A stretch of 64,000 nucleotides of DNA from Nageia nagi (Eukaryota; Plantae; Pinophyta): positions 154,504,001 to 154,568,000 of the forward strand of contig JBITNC010000001.1 of the NCBI GenBank assembly GCA_050084985.1, read 5' to 3'. This document shows positions 14,801 through 26,927 of this stretch, piece after piece (within the stretch, counting starts at the first letter, position 1; each line of letters begins with the position of its first letter). The position numbers and the translations under genes are program-made. Under the pieces are notes generated by a model. It did no database searches. It was given only the letters and a program-made list of their open reading frames with translations, and was not told the DNA's origin.

Positions 14801-14966
14801 GTGGATGTGATTTGCATGGATTTAATATTGATATATTTATCTTATTTAGTAATATTGATGTTTTCAATCACAAGGGTATTTTAAAAAAAAGGTATAAAAG
14901 GTTAAGATAAGAAATTTGTATTTGATGATCTCTTGAATAGCATAGCCTACATAGATTTAGAGATCA
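8857..14966 (+). mobile_element. Degenerate CRM-like Gypsy; partial 5' LTR 8857-9220, 3' LTR 14072-14966
   Basis: LTR termini TGAT...ATCA; PBS TGGTATTAGAG at 9223; PPT GGGGAGG; gag (FSGKVDA..WLKQLEVYF, zinc knuckle), protease, RT (11597-11842), RNase H and integrase fragments. Confidence 0.85.
11111..11382 (+). repeat. 136-bp tandem duplication in the RT region of the CRM-like element
   Basis: 11111-11246 and 11247-11382 are near-identical copies beginning AATTTGTATTGTTAAT. Confidence 0.9.
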
Positions 14967-17900
14967 AAGATGGGCTATCTTGGATGATGTACAAGTAAAT
15001 AATGGAGCCTTATTTCAACTTAAAAAAAAATATAACCAATCAATTTATTATGGGAGTTTCCACTCATAAATCATCCTATGGTGGTGATTTAAGTTGGGTA
15101 GATATGTATCTTAACTTTTAAGGCATGATATATGGAAAATATGTTGAAATTGGAATTCGTCAGACTTTGAAATTCAAGCTCAAAAAGTCAAATATTGTAG
15201 CTTTTGACAGAACATAGCTCCCCACTATATTTGAAAATAAAATGTTGCTATATTTCCTAAACCCCCCACTTGCATTTTGTAGAAATGCACCCACCCAATG
15301 AGTGTAGCCTAAAATATGAATGGGTTTCAGCCTGATAGTTCTTGGGCAATTTCCAGTGAACTACTAAGTAGTTTTCACTCTTTTTTAGTTAGTTTTATGT
15401 TCATTTTCTTATGTTATTATTTGTTTAGAATTGGCATGTATAAATAAGTGATTTAAACTCATTTTTGGGTTAGATTGTGGAATCATTTGGTGTAACTTGT
15501 AAATTGTACCCTATACTTGTAAAGAAAATTGTTTGAAGAAATATCATAATAAGAATTCCACTATATTTTCTAGATCAATGTCAATTTTTGAATTGTGTAA
15601 TGTAATTGGGAATGTTTGGTGATTCTATAAGTATTTTTATTTATGATGAATTGATTTAAACTTCATTTTGGTATTAGAGAAAGTAGATCTAGACTAAGTT
15701 TTGTTAGGTTTAAAAAATTGTGGGTATTTGCAAAAAGGTTTGGAAAAACTTTCTTTTGTAGATCCAAGTTATGTTGAAGACCTAATATCGTGGAAACAAC
15801 TCAATACCAATACCAATACTAGAACTTTATGGATCAGAATATGAATATTGGAGTATCTGAATGATGAATCTCTTGTAAGGTAAAGACTTGTGGGACATTG
15901 TTGAATATGGATACAAAGAGCCAAATGATTATCAGAGTGTCCTGAGTGAATATTCAAAGAAGAAAACCAAAGAAAAGAATAAGAAGAAGAATTTTTTAAC
16001 TATCACATATCCAATATGATCTTGATAAGAGCATTTTTACAAGAATTTTAGCCCACAAAATCACTATTGATGCATGGAAAGCCTTGAAAGAAGGCTACCA
16101 AAGAAGTGTTATAGTGAAGGACGTGAAGCTCTAGAACCTCAAAAGCAATTTTGAAAATCTCACATAGTATTAAAATGAGAGTGTGGGTGGTTATTGTGTA
16201 AGGGTAAAGGCCATAGTGAACAAAATGGCCACCCTTAGTGATGATTTGGAAAAAGCCTTGGTAATTAAAAAAGCCTTGAGTACTTTTTTACCAAAATAAG
16301 ACAATGTGGCTCTTGTAATTGAAGAAACCAAAGATCTTTCCACAATAGAGTTTGATCAATTGGTTGGATCTCTCACATATCAAGAAGAAAGATTTATGAG
16401 AAGGTCCAATGTTGTTGCAAGTGATAAACAAGCATTCTCAACTAGAGAGAATGAAAATACTAGTGGAAGAGATCAAGGTAGAGGTTCTAAAGGTAGAGAT
16501 TGGAATGAAAGATGACGAAGCAGAGGCTCTTTTGGGAGAGGAAGAGGAAGAGATCAGATTTCAAATGGTGACAATCCAATAGTGTAAGTCCAAGTACTAG
16601 AGAGGGATAAATTACAAGAGGTAGAGGAAGTTACAAAGGAATGTGTAATGCTATCATTGTAACAAATTTATCCATTTTGAGAGAGTGTAGGTTGAAACAA
16701 GCCTCTCAAAATAGTAGATCAACAAATTATGGGGAAGAAGATTCCTATGAAGAAGATATTTTGTTTTTTTTATTTATTTTCCAAGAGAAGAATCATGGAG
16801 ACAAGGCACATCTTTCACAAGAAGAAGAGGATGAAACTTGTGTTCTTGCTAATGGTTGTTCACACCATATGACAAGAAAGGAGCTTCTATCATCTCTTGA
16901 TCATTCCTTTAGTTTATATGTCAAAATTGGGAATGGAAAACTCTTGGAGGTAATTGCAAAGGGGGACATGGTGGTTTCTACTAAGAAAGGTACTATGAAG
17001 GTAAAAAGTATTTATTTTGTTCCTGATTTAAAACAATCTCTTATAAGTGTTGGAAAAATGCTGGAAACTAATTATAAATTAGTTTTTGAAGATAAAATGT
17101 GCAAGATCTATGATAAGAATAGAGGTGGAAGGCTGGTCACTATAGTAAAATTGAATAAAAATAAGCTTTTTCCCATCAAGTTTATGGATCAAGGAGGAGG
17201 TTTTGCTTGTGTGAGCATTGATGATACTACTAATTTATGGCATTTGAGGTTTGGCCATGTAAATTTTTAGAGTTTAAATATTTTGTCTCCACTTGTTTAT
17301 GGTTTTCCAAAGGTCCAAGATACTAATAAATTGTATGAAGGGTGTGCTCTTGGAAAGCATACAAGGGGCCATTTCCCAAAGAATGAAGCATGGAGGGCCC
17401 AATTGCTTCTACACTTGGTGCATAGTGATCTTTGTGTACCAATGCAAACATAAAGTATGGGTAAAGCTTCTTATTTTCTCACCTTTATTGATAATTTTTC
17501 TAGATATTATTGGGTATTCTATCTTAAATGCAAAGATGAGGCATTTAAGAACTTCAATACTTTTAAAGCTAGTGTTGAGAACCAAAGTGGGCATACAATT
17601 AAGTGTTTAAGAATTGATCATGGTGGAGAGTTTTTCTCTAATGATTTCTTGAAGTTTTGTAGAGATCCAACATTAAGAGGCAATTGACTTCACCATACAC
17701 ACCCCAACAAAATGGAGTGGCTAAAAGAAAGAACTAAACTTTGGTAGAGATGGTAAGGTGTATGATGAACAAAAAAGGTTTGAGTAATTGTTATTGGGAT
17801 GAAGTTATCTGGACTGCTATTTATATTTTAAATATGATTCATACAAGGATTTTGGAAAATATTACTCTTTATGAGAGTTGGATTGGAAATAAGCCAAGTG

Positions 17901-20900
17901 TTAAACATTTTAAAGTTTTTGGTTGTCTTGATTATGTTCATGTGAATGATAAGCATAGAAAAAGCTTAATGCTAAGAGTGACAAGTGTATTTTTATTGAA
18001 TATAGTGAATACTCCAAAGCTTATATATTTTTTAATCCCAATTTCTCACAAAGTTATGCTATCTAGAGATGCCATTTTTTATGAAGGTGGAAGTTGGAAG
18101 TCTCAAAAAAGCCAAAAGCTTGTTGTTATTGATGGTATGGTTGAATAAAATGATTCAAATGACCAAGGAAGTGTTCATCCCAACTATGATTCACACAATC
18201 AATTTCAGCCCAAATTTTATCCCTCTTCACAAATGGGGTCTTCAAGTGCATCTTCAAGTCCACAACATGGTTCTTCTTCACCTCCATCACCAAGTGCAAG
18301 TGTAAATCAATCAATTAAAGGTAAAAGAGTGTTAAAAGATCATCCCTCTTCTCAAATGGTGAACCAAAATTTTTCAATAAGGTTGATAAGGAGTCAACAC
18401 AAGGAGCTAGATGCTACTTTGCAAAGGCTAAAAAATTTACAAATGTTAGGAGATGAAGACAATGTTGAGCCCAAAGATGATGTGATAAATTATGCTTTAA
18501 TGGCTTCTACTTCTAATGCTCATGTTTCTAGTTCTTCTAAAGTTACTAAATTTGATAATTTTGAGCCTTCTTGTTTTGAACAAGCATGTTCTAACAAAGT
18601 GTGGATGAAGGATATGAATTAAGAGATTTCTTCTATTATCAAGAATGACACATGGGAGTTATTAGAGCTACCCAAAAACAAGAACTACATTGGATGTAAA
18701 TGGATCTACAAGATCAAGAGTAATAGTGATGGTTCCATTGAAAGGTACAAAGCACAATTGGTTGCAAAAGGGTTGACACAAAAGTATGGCATAGACTATG
18801 AGGAGATTTTTTCTCTTGTTCCAAGGCAAGAGATAATCTGGATGATGATTTCATTGGTTACCCACAAGCATTGGAATGTGCATCACATAGATGTGAAGAG
18901 TGCATTCCTTAATGGCTATCTTTAAGAAGAAGTGTATGTGGCACAACATCAAGGTTTTGAGGTTCAAAGAAAAGAAGATCAAGTTTATAGATTGAAAAAG
19001 GTATTATATGGGCTGAAGCAAGCTCCAAGAGCTTAGCACATAAGAATCAATGACTACTTTCTCAAGTGTGGTTTCCAAAGAAGAAAGAGTGAATAGAATT
19101 TGTACTACAAGAAGCAAGGTATTGAAAATCTACTTGTTTCTTATATGTAGATGATTTATTGTTTATGGCAAGTAGTTATTCATTATGCAATTCTTTTAAA
19201 GATGAGATGAAAAAGGAATTTTACATGACTAATCTTGGTTTGATGAGTTATTTCTTGGGCATGGATGTACATCAAACATATGATGAGATATTTCTTTTCC
19301 AAGCCAAGTATGCTAGAGAAATGTTGAACAAGTTTGGTATGAGTGAATGCAAACCTATAGTTACTCCAATTGCACATGGAGAGATTTTGTGTTTAGATTA
19401 TGGGGCTTAAAAAGTAAATAAAACAAAGTATAGGAGCATTGTGGGGAGTTTAATGTTCCTATGTAACACAAGGCCAGATATATGCTATGTTGTATCACTT
19501 TGTTCTAAGTACATAGTTGATCCTTCTTGCTTTCACTTGAAAGTAGCCAAAATAATCCTAAGGTATGTGCATGGTACAATATGTTTTGGCATTCATTACT
19601 TCTATATTGATAATATGAAGATGGTTGGTTTTAGTGACAATGATTGGGAGAGTAATATTGATGATTGAAATTCCATTAGTGGTAATTGCTTCTCACTTGG
19701 TACATGTTTGATTACTAGGGGTTCTAAGAACAAAACTACAATAGCTTTATCTTCTTATAGAGGCTAAGTATATAGCATTAACATGAGCTAGTGCACAAGC
19801 CTTCTGGCTTCAAAAATTTCTTGATGAGATGGGTGAGAAGCAAGAACAATCTACTTGTAGACACCTCAAAATGAACCTTTATGTATTTAATAAATCATTT
19901 TAATCCCTTAACAATGTATTATTTAAAAAAAGACTAAAAATGTATAAAAGAGATGTAGGCCATGTATTTCACCCTTGTGGAATGTACAAGGGGTCAAAAT
20001 ATCAAAGTCATGTAAACTTGTATCATATATAAAGGCATCATTTGATTACCTATAGATCATGATTGAATCATGGGATAATAATCATTTCAAGCTAATACAA
20101 GTATTATCAATTGAAGATCATTTGAAAGATTGAAACTTACTTTATCTATCAACATTACGCATCTATTATTCTATAATTTTTCATGCATGTTCATAATTTG
20201 ATTACTTGCTAATTCACTCATTGCTAAATTCTTGTTTGTGTTTGTAATTTGATTTACCTTATGATGCTGATAGCATGTCAATTCTTGGATGTCGATGACA
20301 TACTTGTTCATGAATGTATGCTCCATATTTTGTGCATTTTATGATTAACAGAATGAATATAGTATCTAAGTAAATAGTACTACATTCCTACTACATGTTA
20401 TTACCATATTTCTCACATATGCATCAATATTTACAAAGTAGAGCAATAGTGCATTAATCAACCCCATTTGCATTAATTTCATTATTTAGCTACTACATTT
20501 TGGTGAACCCTAACTATTCTTACAAATCCTAGAATTTTTTATTTTAGGGTATTGCTTTTTTTTATGATTCTTGCATTAGAATCCCTTGGTTTTGTTTTTC
20601 TTTTTGGTTAAATTAATTTTTCTCCAATTTGGAAACTTTTATTGCTTCAAATAAAATTATTTTCTTGAAAAATGTCATTATTTTCTTTAATTTGGTGAGA
20701 TCTAGCATTAGAAAACTTTGTCTAAGCCATATATACATATAATTGGGAAGTTTTTCTAATTTTTCTAGGTCTTGATTTACATATTTCGAGTGATTTTCAA
20801 AATATTTTTGTAAAAATTGTCACCTTGAAAATCATACATTTTGAAGGTATTTTGCAACTATTTGGTGACTTATTTTATGCTAAAAACTTGCCAAATGCAT

Positions 20901-22405
20901 AGGTCATCATTGTAGGGAACTTTTGGAGTTTAATTTGAGCCCTTTGCATGTGTTTCTATCACAATTTCTAGAGGTTTTCATATAAAACAATTTTTTCCAT
21001 CTTCTTTCATTCTTTCATGGATAAGGTATTTAAAAATGGTCTGTTTGAATGTTTGAATGTGACAAGTGATTTATTTGCACCTCCTAAAAAAGAAATGGAT
21101 GTTATGCATAATAGAAAATCTTTTTGATGAATTAAGTTTCTTAAATTCATGCTTGACTACTACAAATGATGATATGCCAAGTATTATAGAAAATCAAGTG
21201 CATGATAATGTTATTTCTGATGATTATATGGCTAAATATGATTATGATGCACATTTAAATTTGGATGCTATGGACAAGTTTGAAATGAATGATATTGCAT
21301 TTGAAAAATTGACACTTCAAGATCAATTTCAAAAAATTAAAGCACATATGTGATTCAATCCCTCTTTTATATTTGAAATTTATAATGATATTGAATTAAA
21401 AGAGAAATATCATGCATTGCTAAGGAAAGAATTAGATAACTTGTTAGAAGATCCATATGCTAGGCAATATTCTATGCAAAATTTTGAGAAGGAAATTATA
21501 CAAAAGCAACAAAATAAAATATCTTCTCAACCAAAACCTCATCCAAAACCACAATTTAAACCCCAAATTAAACCAAAACTAAAATAATTTTGGCAAAGAG
21601 TAACATCTCAAGAAACTTTGAAAGTACAAGATGCTCATATTATAAAACAACCCAAATAGGATAGCCATAATTATTCCCCACCATCCAATCAAGAGGTCCT
21701 TAACTTTGAGATACTTAGTAGACATCAACCAAGGCTAATTATGAGGGATATAATGAAAAGAGGTTTATTGATGTCATTGAAAAGAAAAACATAAGATAGT
21801 GATAATCCAATGGGAAATGAGAATGCTTATTCAACTTATCATCAACGGAAGGGTCATGCTACATATTCTTGTCATGATTTGAAACTTATAATTTTTGACA
21901 TGATTGCAAAAGGTAAATATCAGCTCCCTCAACATGCTTCAAATTCAGGGATTGAAAATTGAATTATGAAATTTTAAGATAATTGTGATGAGGAAGCACA
22001 CCACCAATGGTGTGCCATACTACATGCAAGATGCCAAAGATGTGAAAATAGTAATGGAAATAATGGTTCTTATTCTGCACATCTAGCTAGTCAAGAAAAC
22101 ATAAAAAAAAATTTAGTTCAATTAGATCTAATTGAGATTTGGTTACAAGAATATAGAAAATAAAAAGATTTACCTTTTGACAAGTATCTATTCAAGATTT
22201 TATTCCTTAATAGTCATTTGCAACAACATAGAACATTACCTCCAGAGATATGAATTGAATTTATTGATCTTTTTGAGAGAGTAGTAGCCCAAGGTATAGA
22301 AAATGCAAATGATAATCTAAGCAAAGAAAATCCATTGTTCATAGCAAAATGTGCTAAATAGATGGGGGTTCCACCACCCCCTAATGTATTATAGTTTCTA
22401 AAATT

Positions 22406-22497
22406 TGCATATCATATAGGATGCATAACATATAGGGTGCATTTCATATAAGATGCATATCATATAGGGTGCATTTCATGTAGATTGCATATCATGG
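22406..22497. repeat. 17-bp minisatellite (TGCATATCATATAGG core), about 6 copies
   Basis: Degenerate tandem units are directly visible. Confidence 0.75.
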
Positions 22498-23771
22498 GTC
22501 TAGCCATTACATCCCATATTAGTTGCATTTCATAACAACAGCAAACAACTTTATGTCCATGCAAAATAGTTCATATCAAACATAGGGACACAACCTCTTT
22601 TTATTTTCTATACAGATACAAGAAGGATATGGTGCCAATTGCATGCTTGAATGTTAGCATGATGTCGATAATATGAAAAAAATACACACAAAAAATCAAG
22701 AAAAAGTGGATATAGCTTCAGCTGGGCGCATGATGAAAATCAAATATTGAATATCAGAAGGCCAAAATTTAGAATTTCAAAGTGCAAAAGTTACCCATCC
22801 ATGGGGTATAAAGGTAAGTAAAGGTAAGTTATCTCATCTCACATGTTTTATGTTCTTCATTGCAAAATTGTCATTGATGAATTAAGACTACTATATTTTC
22901 TTTGTCTATCTGGTATGAAAAGTAAACATTCCATATGCTATTCTTATGATTGCTATTTCAAACATACTACATGTTTTACTAATGAAATTTAAGGCCATTA
23001 TATCCTTGGAAATCTAGTATAATATAGCATTATGGTATTTTCTATAAAATATTGCATTGTATTGAATATCTAAATTGAAGTATTTTCAATGCAATTGAAT
23101 GGATTCTTCCTCTTGAATGATATGATCATTGTATAGATAAAATTGAATATATGGTCAAATATTCTTAGTTCATGCTTTATCTTGAAAATTTTTATGGCAA
23201 TTGGCAATGTTATTTCATGTAGAAACAATGCAAAGTGATATGGATGATTATCTTCCAACTTTTTGCTCTTGATATGGAAAATATCACACCACTAGCAGCA
23301 TGCCATACTGCATCCATGCTGCTAATGGCATGGATTTATATTGAAAATTTTTGCAAACTAAAATGTTGAGGTGCAAGGTCATTGAATGTTTAAATATTTG
23401 GTACATTGATGGAAATTGAATGTATAGTTCATTATTCTACTGATAATTATTTCAAAGCCATGGTCTATCCATGAAAAAATATTGCATTGATTGCAGGACA
23501 TCACTAGTGTGGGTCATCCAAACATCATCCATAGGCTATGATTTGTCTATCATAGTAGTCTATGTATCATACTCTATATCACTATGGTTGGCATTGACCA
23601 TAGTAAAAATATCTAAATATTATATTAATTTCATCCTTGCTATTTACATTACCTATTCTATCATGGATGTGATCTATGTGAGTTTATGTTGTTTTGTTCC
23701 ATATGTATTATCTAGGTGGGTATGATTGGCATGGATCACTCACCTTTCACAAGGACAACATAATGTATTTG

Positions 23772-24500
23772 GTTCATAGACATAAAACATATGACCATTG
23801 ATGGCCAATGACACAGATAGTGAGAATTCACTCACTCTAAAGTAAACCAACAATACAACCATTAGCAATTTGTTGACATTGGATCATCTCCAATGGATAA
23901 TGCATTTTGTTATGTATCCACATGGTTTTTGCTTTGAATCCATCTAAAATATACTATCTTCAAATCATATACATATAAAGTATGGTCATCAATGGCCAAC
24001 GATACAAATAGTGAGAGCCCACTCACTCCAAAGTAAACCAACGATACATCCATGAGCAATATGTTGATATTGGATCATCTTCAATGGATGATACATTTTT
24101 CTTTGTATCCACATGGTTTTTGCTTTGAACCCATATTAAGCATACTATCTTCGGATCATAGACATATAAATGTATGATCATCGATGGCTAATGATATAGC
24201 TAGTGAGAGTTTACTCACTTAAAAGTAAACCAAAAATGCAACCATGAATAATTTGTTGAAATTGAATCATCTTTAATGGGTGATACATTTTTCTATTTAT
24301 CTACACTATTTTTGCTTTGAACCCATATAAAGTATACTATCTTTGGATCATAGGCATACAAACAATGATCATTAATGGCCAACAACACAGATTGTGAGAG
24401 TTCACTCACTTAAAAGATAAATCGGCAATGCAACCATAAGTAGATTACTGACATTGACTCATCATCAATGGAAGATGTAACTCACTATGCATCCACCCTA
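23772..24500. repeat. Tandem array of ~191-bp units (about 4 copies)
   Basis: Anchor CATYRATGGCYAAY recurs at 23796, 23987, 24179 and 24370 (spacing 191, 192, 191). Confidence 0.9.
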
Positions 24501-26927
24501 TTTTTATGACTAACACTTCATTGCAGGTATCTACATCCTAAAGATTAGAAGAAAAATCATATAATTCGATACCATTAATGGCATGCACACTATTCCCTAC
24601 ACCACCAATGGTGTCCATTTCATCATTATTTCATCTCATTCAAAGCAAATTCTTTTTGTTTCAAGGCATGGATGTAAGTGTGAATAGTTCCTGAGTATCA
24701 AAAATGATGAAATGACCACATTCATGGTTGAAGCAATATAAGGGGCAAAAATACATCTTCCATATTCAATATTGGATATGGAACTACATAGCTACTTGAT
24801 AGCATAGTCATTTTCATCATCTACATAGTATAGTTATTTTGAAGAATAAAAGCAAAGTATAGTCAAAACCATGGTGCTAGCACCATGCTCACTATTTTTC
24901 AGGCTACTAGCAATGTACATTTCATTACCATTTCCACCCATACAAAGCATAATCTCTCTGTTTCAATGCATGGACGTAAGTTCAAAATGGTTCTCGAGTA
25001 TCAAACATGATGGAATGACCAGATTCATGATTGAAATAATATAAAGGAGGTACATCATATCTTCCATCTCCAACCTTGGATATGAATTTTAGAGTCATCC
25101 AAATAGTATTCTTGAAGATAACTTCTTCAACAGCTTTTTCCTTGGCTACTCCATTTAAGGATCTTTCGTAGGGCACCCAAGTCAAAAGGGGGGCAGCATG
25201 AGGACCCTCATCATCATTCAATCAGTATCAGCAAATATATCAAAAAAAATTCTTCTATATCTTGGCTACAGTTTTTCTTTAGACATGTAATTTCATTGCT
25301 TCAATCACACATACAAAGAGGGGTAAATGTAGATGCCTCAAAATGAACCTTTATGTATTTAATAAATCATTTTAATCCCTTAACAATGTATTATTTAAAA
25401 AGGAATTAAAAATGTATAAAAGAAATGTAGGCCATGTGTTTGACCCTTGTGGAATGTACAAGGTGTCAAAATATCAAAGTCATGTAAACTTGTATCATAT
25501 ATAAAGGCATCATTTTATGATCTATAGATCATGAGTGAATCATGGGCTAATAATAATTTCAAGCTAATACAAAGATTATCAATTGAAGATAATTTGAAGG
25601 ATTGCAACCTGATTTATCTATCTACATTACATATCTATTATTTTTTAAGTTTGCATGTATGTTCATAATTTGATTACTTGCTAATTAGCTCATCGCTACA
25701 TTCTTGCTCGCATTTGTAATTTTATTTATCTTATAGCATCGATGACATGCCAATTATTGGATGTTTATGGTGTACTTGTTCATAAATGTATGCTCTATCT
25801 TTTGTGTATTTTATCATTAATGGAATGAATATAGTATCTAAGTAAACACTACTGCATTCTTGCTACATGTTATTACCATATTTATGATATATGCATCAAT
25901 ATTTACAAAGTAGAGCAATAGTGCATTAATCAACCCCATTTGCATTAATTGCATTTTTTAGCTACTACACTACTACTCCTTTTTGTGACAACCAAAGTGC
26001 CATTAAGTTGGCACAAAATCCAATCCACCATGAATACTTTGATATCAAGTACCACTTTATCCAATATGGTGGAGATGAATTTGATCAAACTAAGGTATTA
26101 TTATACAAAAGACCAAATTGCTGATATCTTCATAAAATAGGTTGCTAAATATCATTTTTTGATGTTGAGAGACTTGATTATCTACCCTCTCACCATCAAG
26201 GGGGAGTATGTTGAAATTGAACTTTGTCAGGCTTCAAAATTCAAGCTCAAAAAGTCAAATATTGCATCTTCTGACAAAATGTAGCTCCCCACCGTATTTG
26301 CAAATAAAACATAGCCATGTTTTCCTAAATGCCCCTTCCTTTTTCAAAAGCATGCCCACCTAGCACATTTATACTAAAATGTGATCACGTTTCATCCTAA
26401 CAGTTCTTGGGAAGTTTCTAGTGAACTGCCAAGTAGTTTTAGCTCTTTTTCAGTTAGTTTTATGTTCATTTTGCCTTTTGTTATTACTTGTTTAGCATTG
26501 GCATGTATAAATAAGTGATTTCAACTCATTTTGGGGTTGGATTATGGAATCATTTGGTGTAACTTATAAATTACACCTTGTACTTGTAAAGCAAACTATT
26601 TGATGAAATGTCATAGTCAAAATTCCACTATATTTTCTAGATTAGTGTCAATTTTTGAATTGTGTAATGCAATTGTGAATGTTAGGTGATTATATAAGTC
26701 TTTTTCTTTATGAAAAATTGATTTAAACTTCAAAATATAATCTTGCACTCTCTCTCTATCAATAACTTTTTCAAATTGAGATGAAAGTGTATATGTTGGG
26801 TACATGTATGTATTATAGTCCTCTCATCAAACATTTCTATAAAATTTGTTGATTTGTAGAATAGAAAATATTTTTTTATGAAAAACCCCTCAGTATGCAA
26901 TCCTTATATGAGATTAATCAATTAATT

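Larger units (their letters stand above)
19856..25969 (+). mobile_element. Non-autonomous (pol-less) LTR element nested in the Copia RNase H; LTRs 19856-20497 and 25328-25969; TSD CTACT
   Basis: Two 642-bp LTRs TGTAGA...TACTACA, CTACT on both flanks, PBS TGGTGAACCC at 20501, PPT AAAGAGGGGTAAA; gag-like remnant with YHQRKGHATYSC near 21835; no RT or integrase motifs seen. Confidence 0.92.
15142..26732 (+). mobile_element. Full-length degenerate Copia element; LTRs 15142-15665 and 26209-26732; TSD AAATA
   Basis: Two 524-bp TG...CA LTRs, AAATA on both flanks, PBS TGGTATTAGAG at 15669, PPT AAGGGGGAG; order gag-protease-integrase-RT-RNase H (ORFs 16641, 17457, 17741, 19159, 19441); RNase H split by an insertion. 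Confidence 0.95.
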
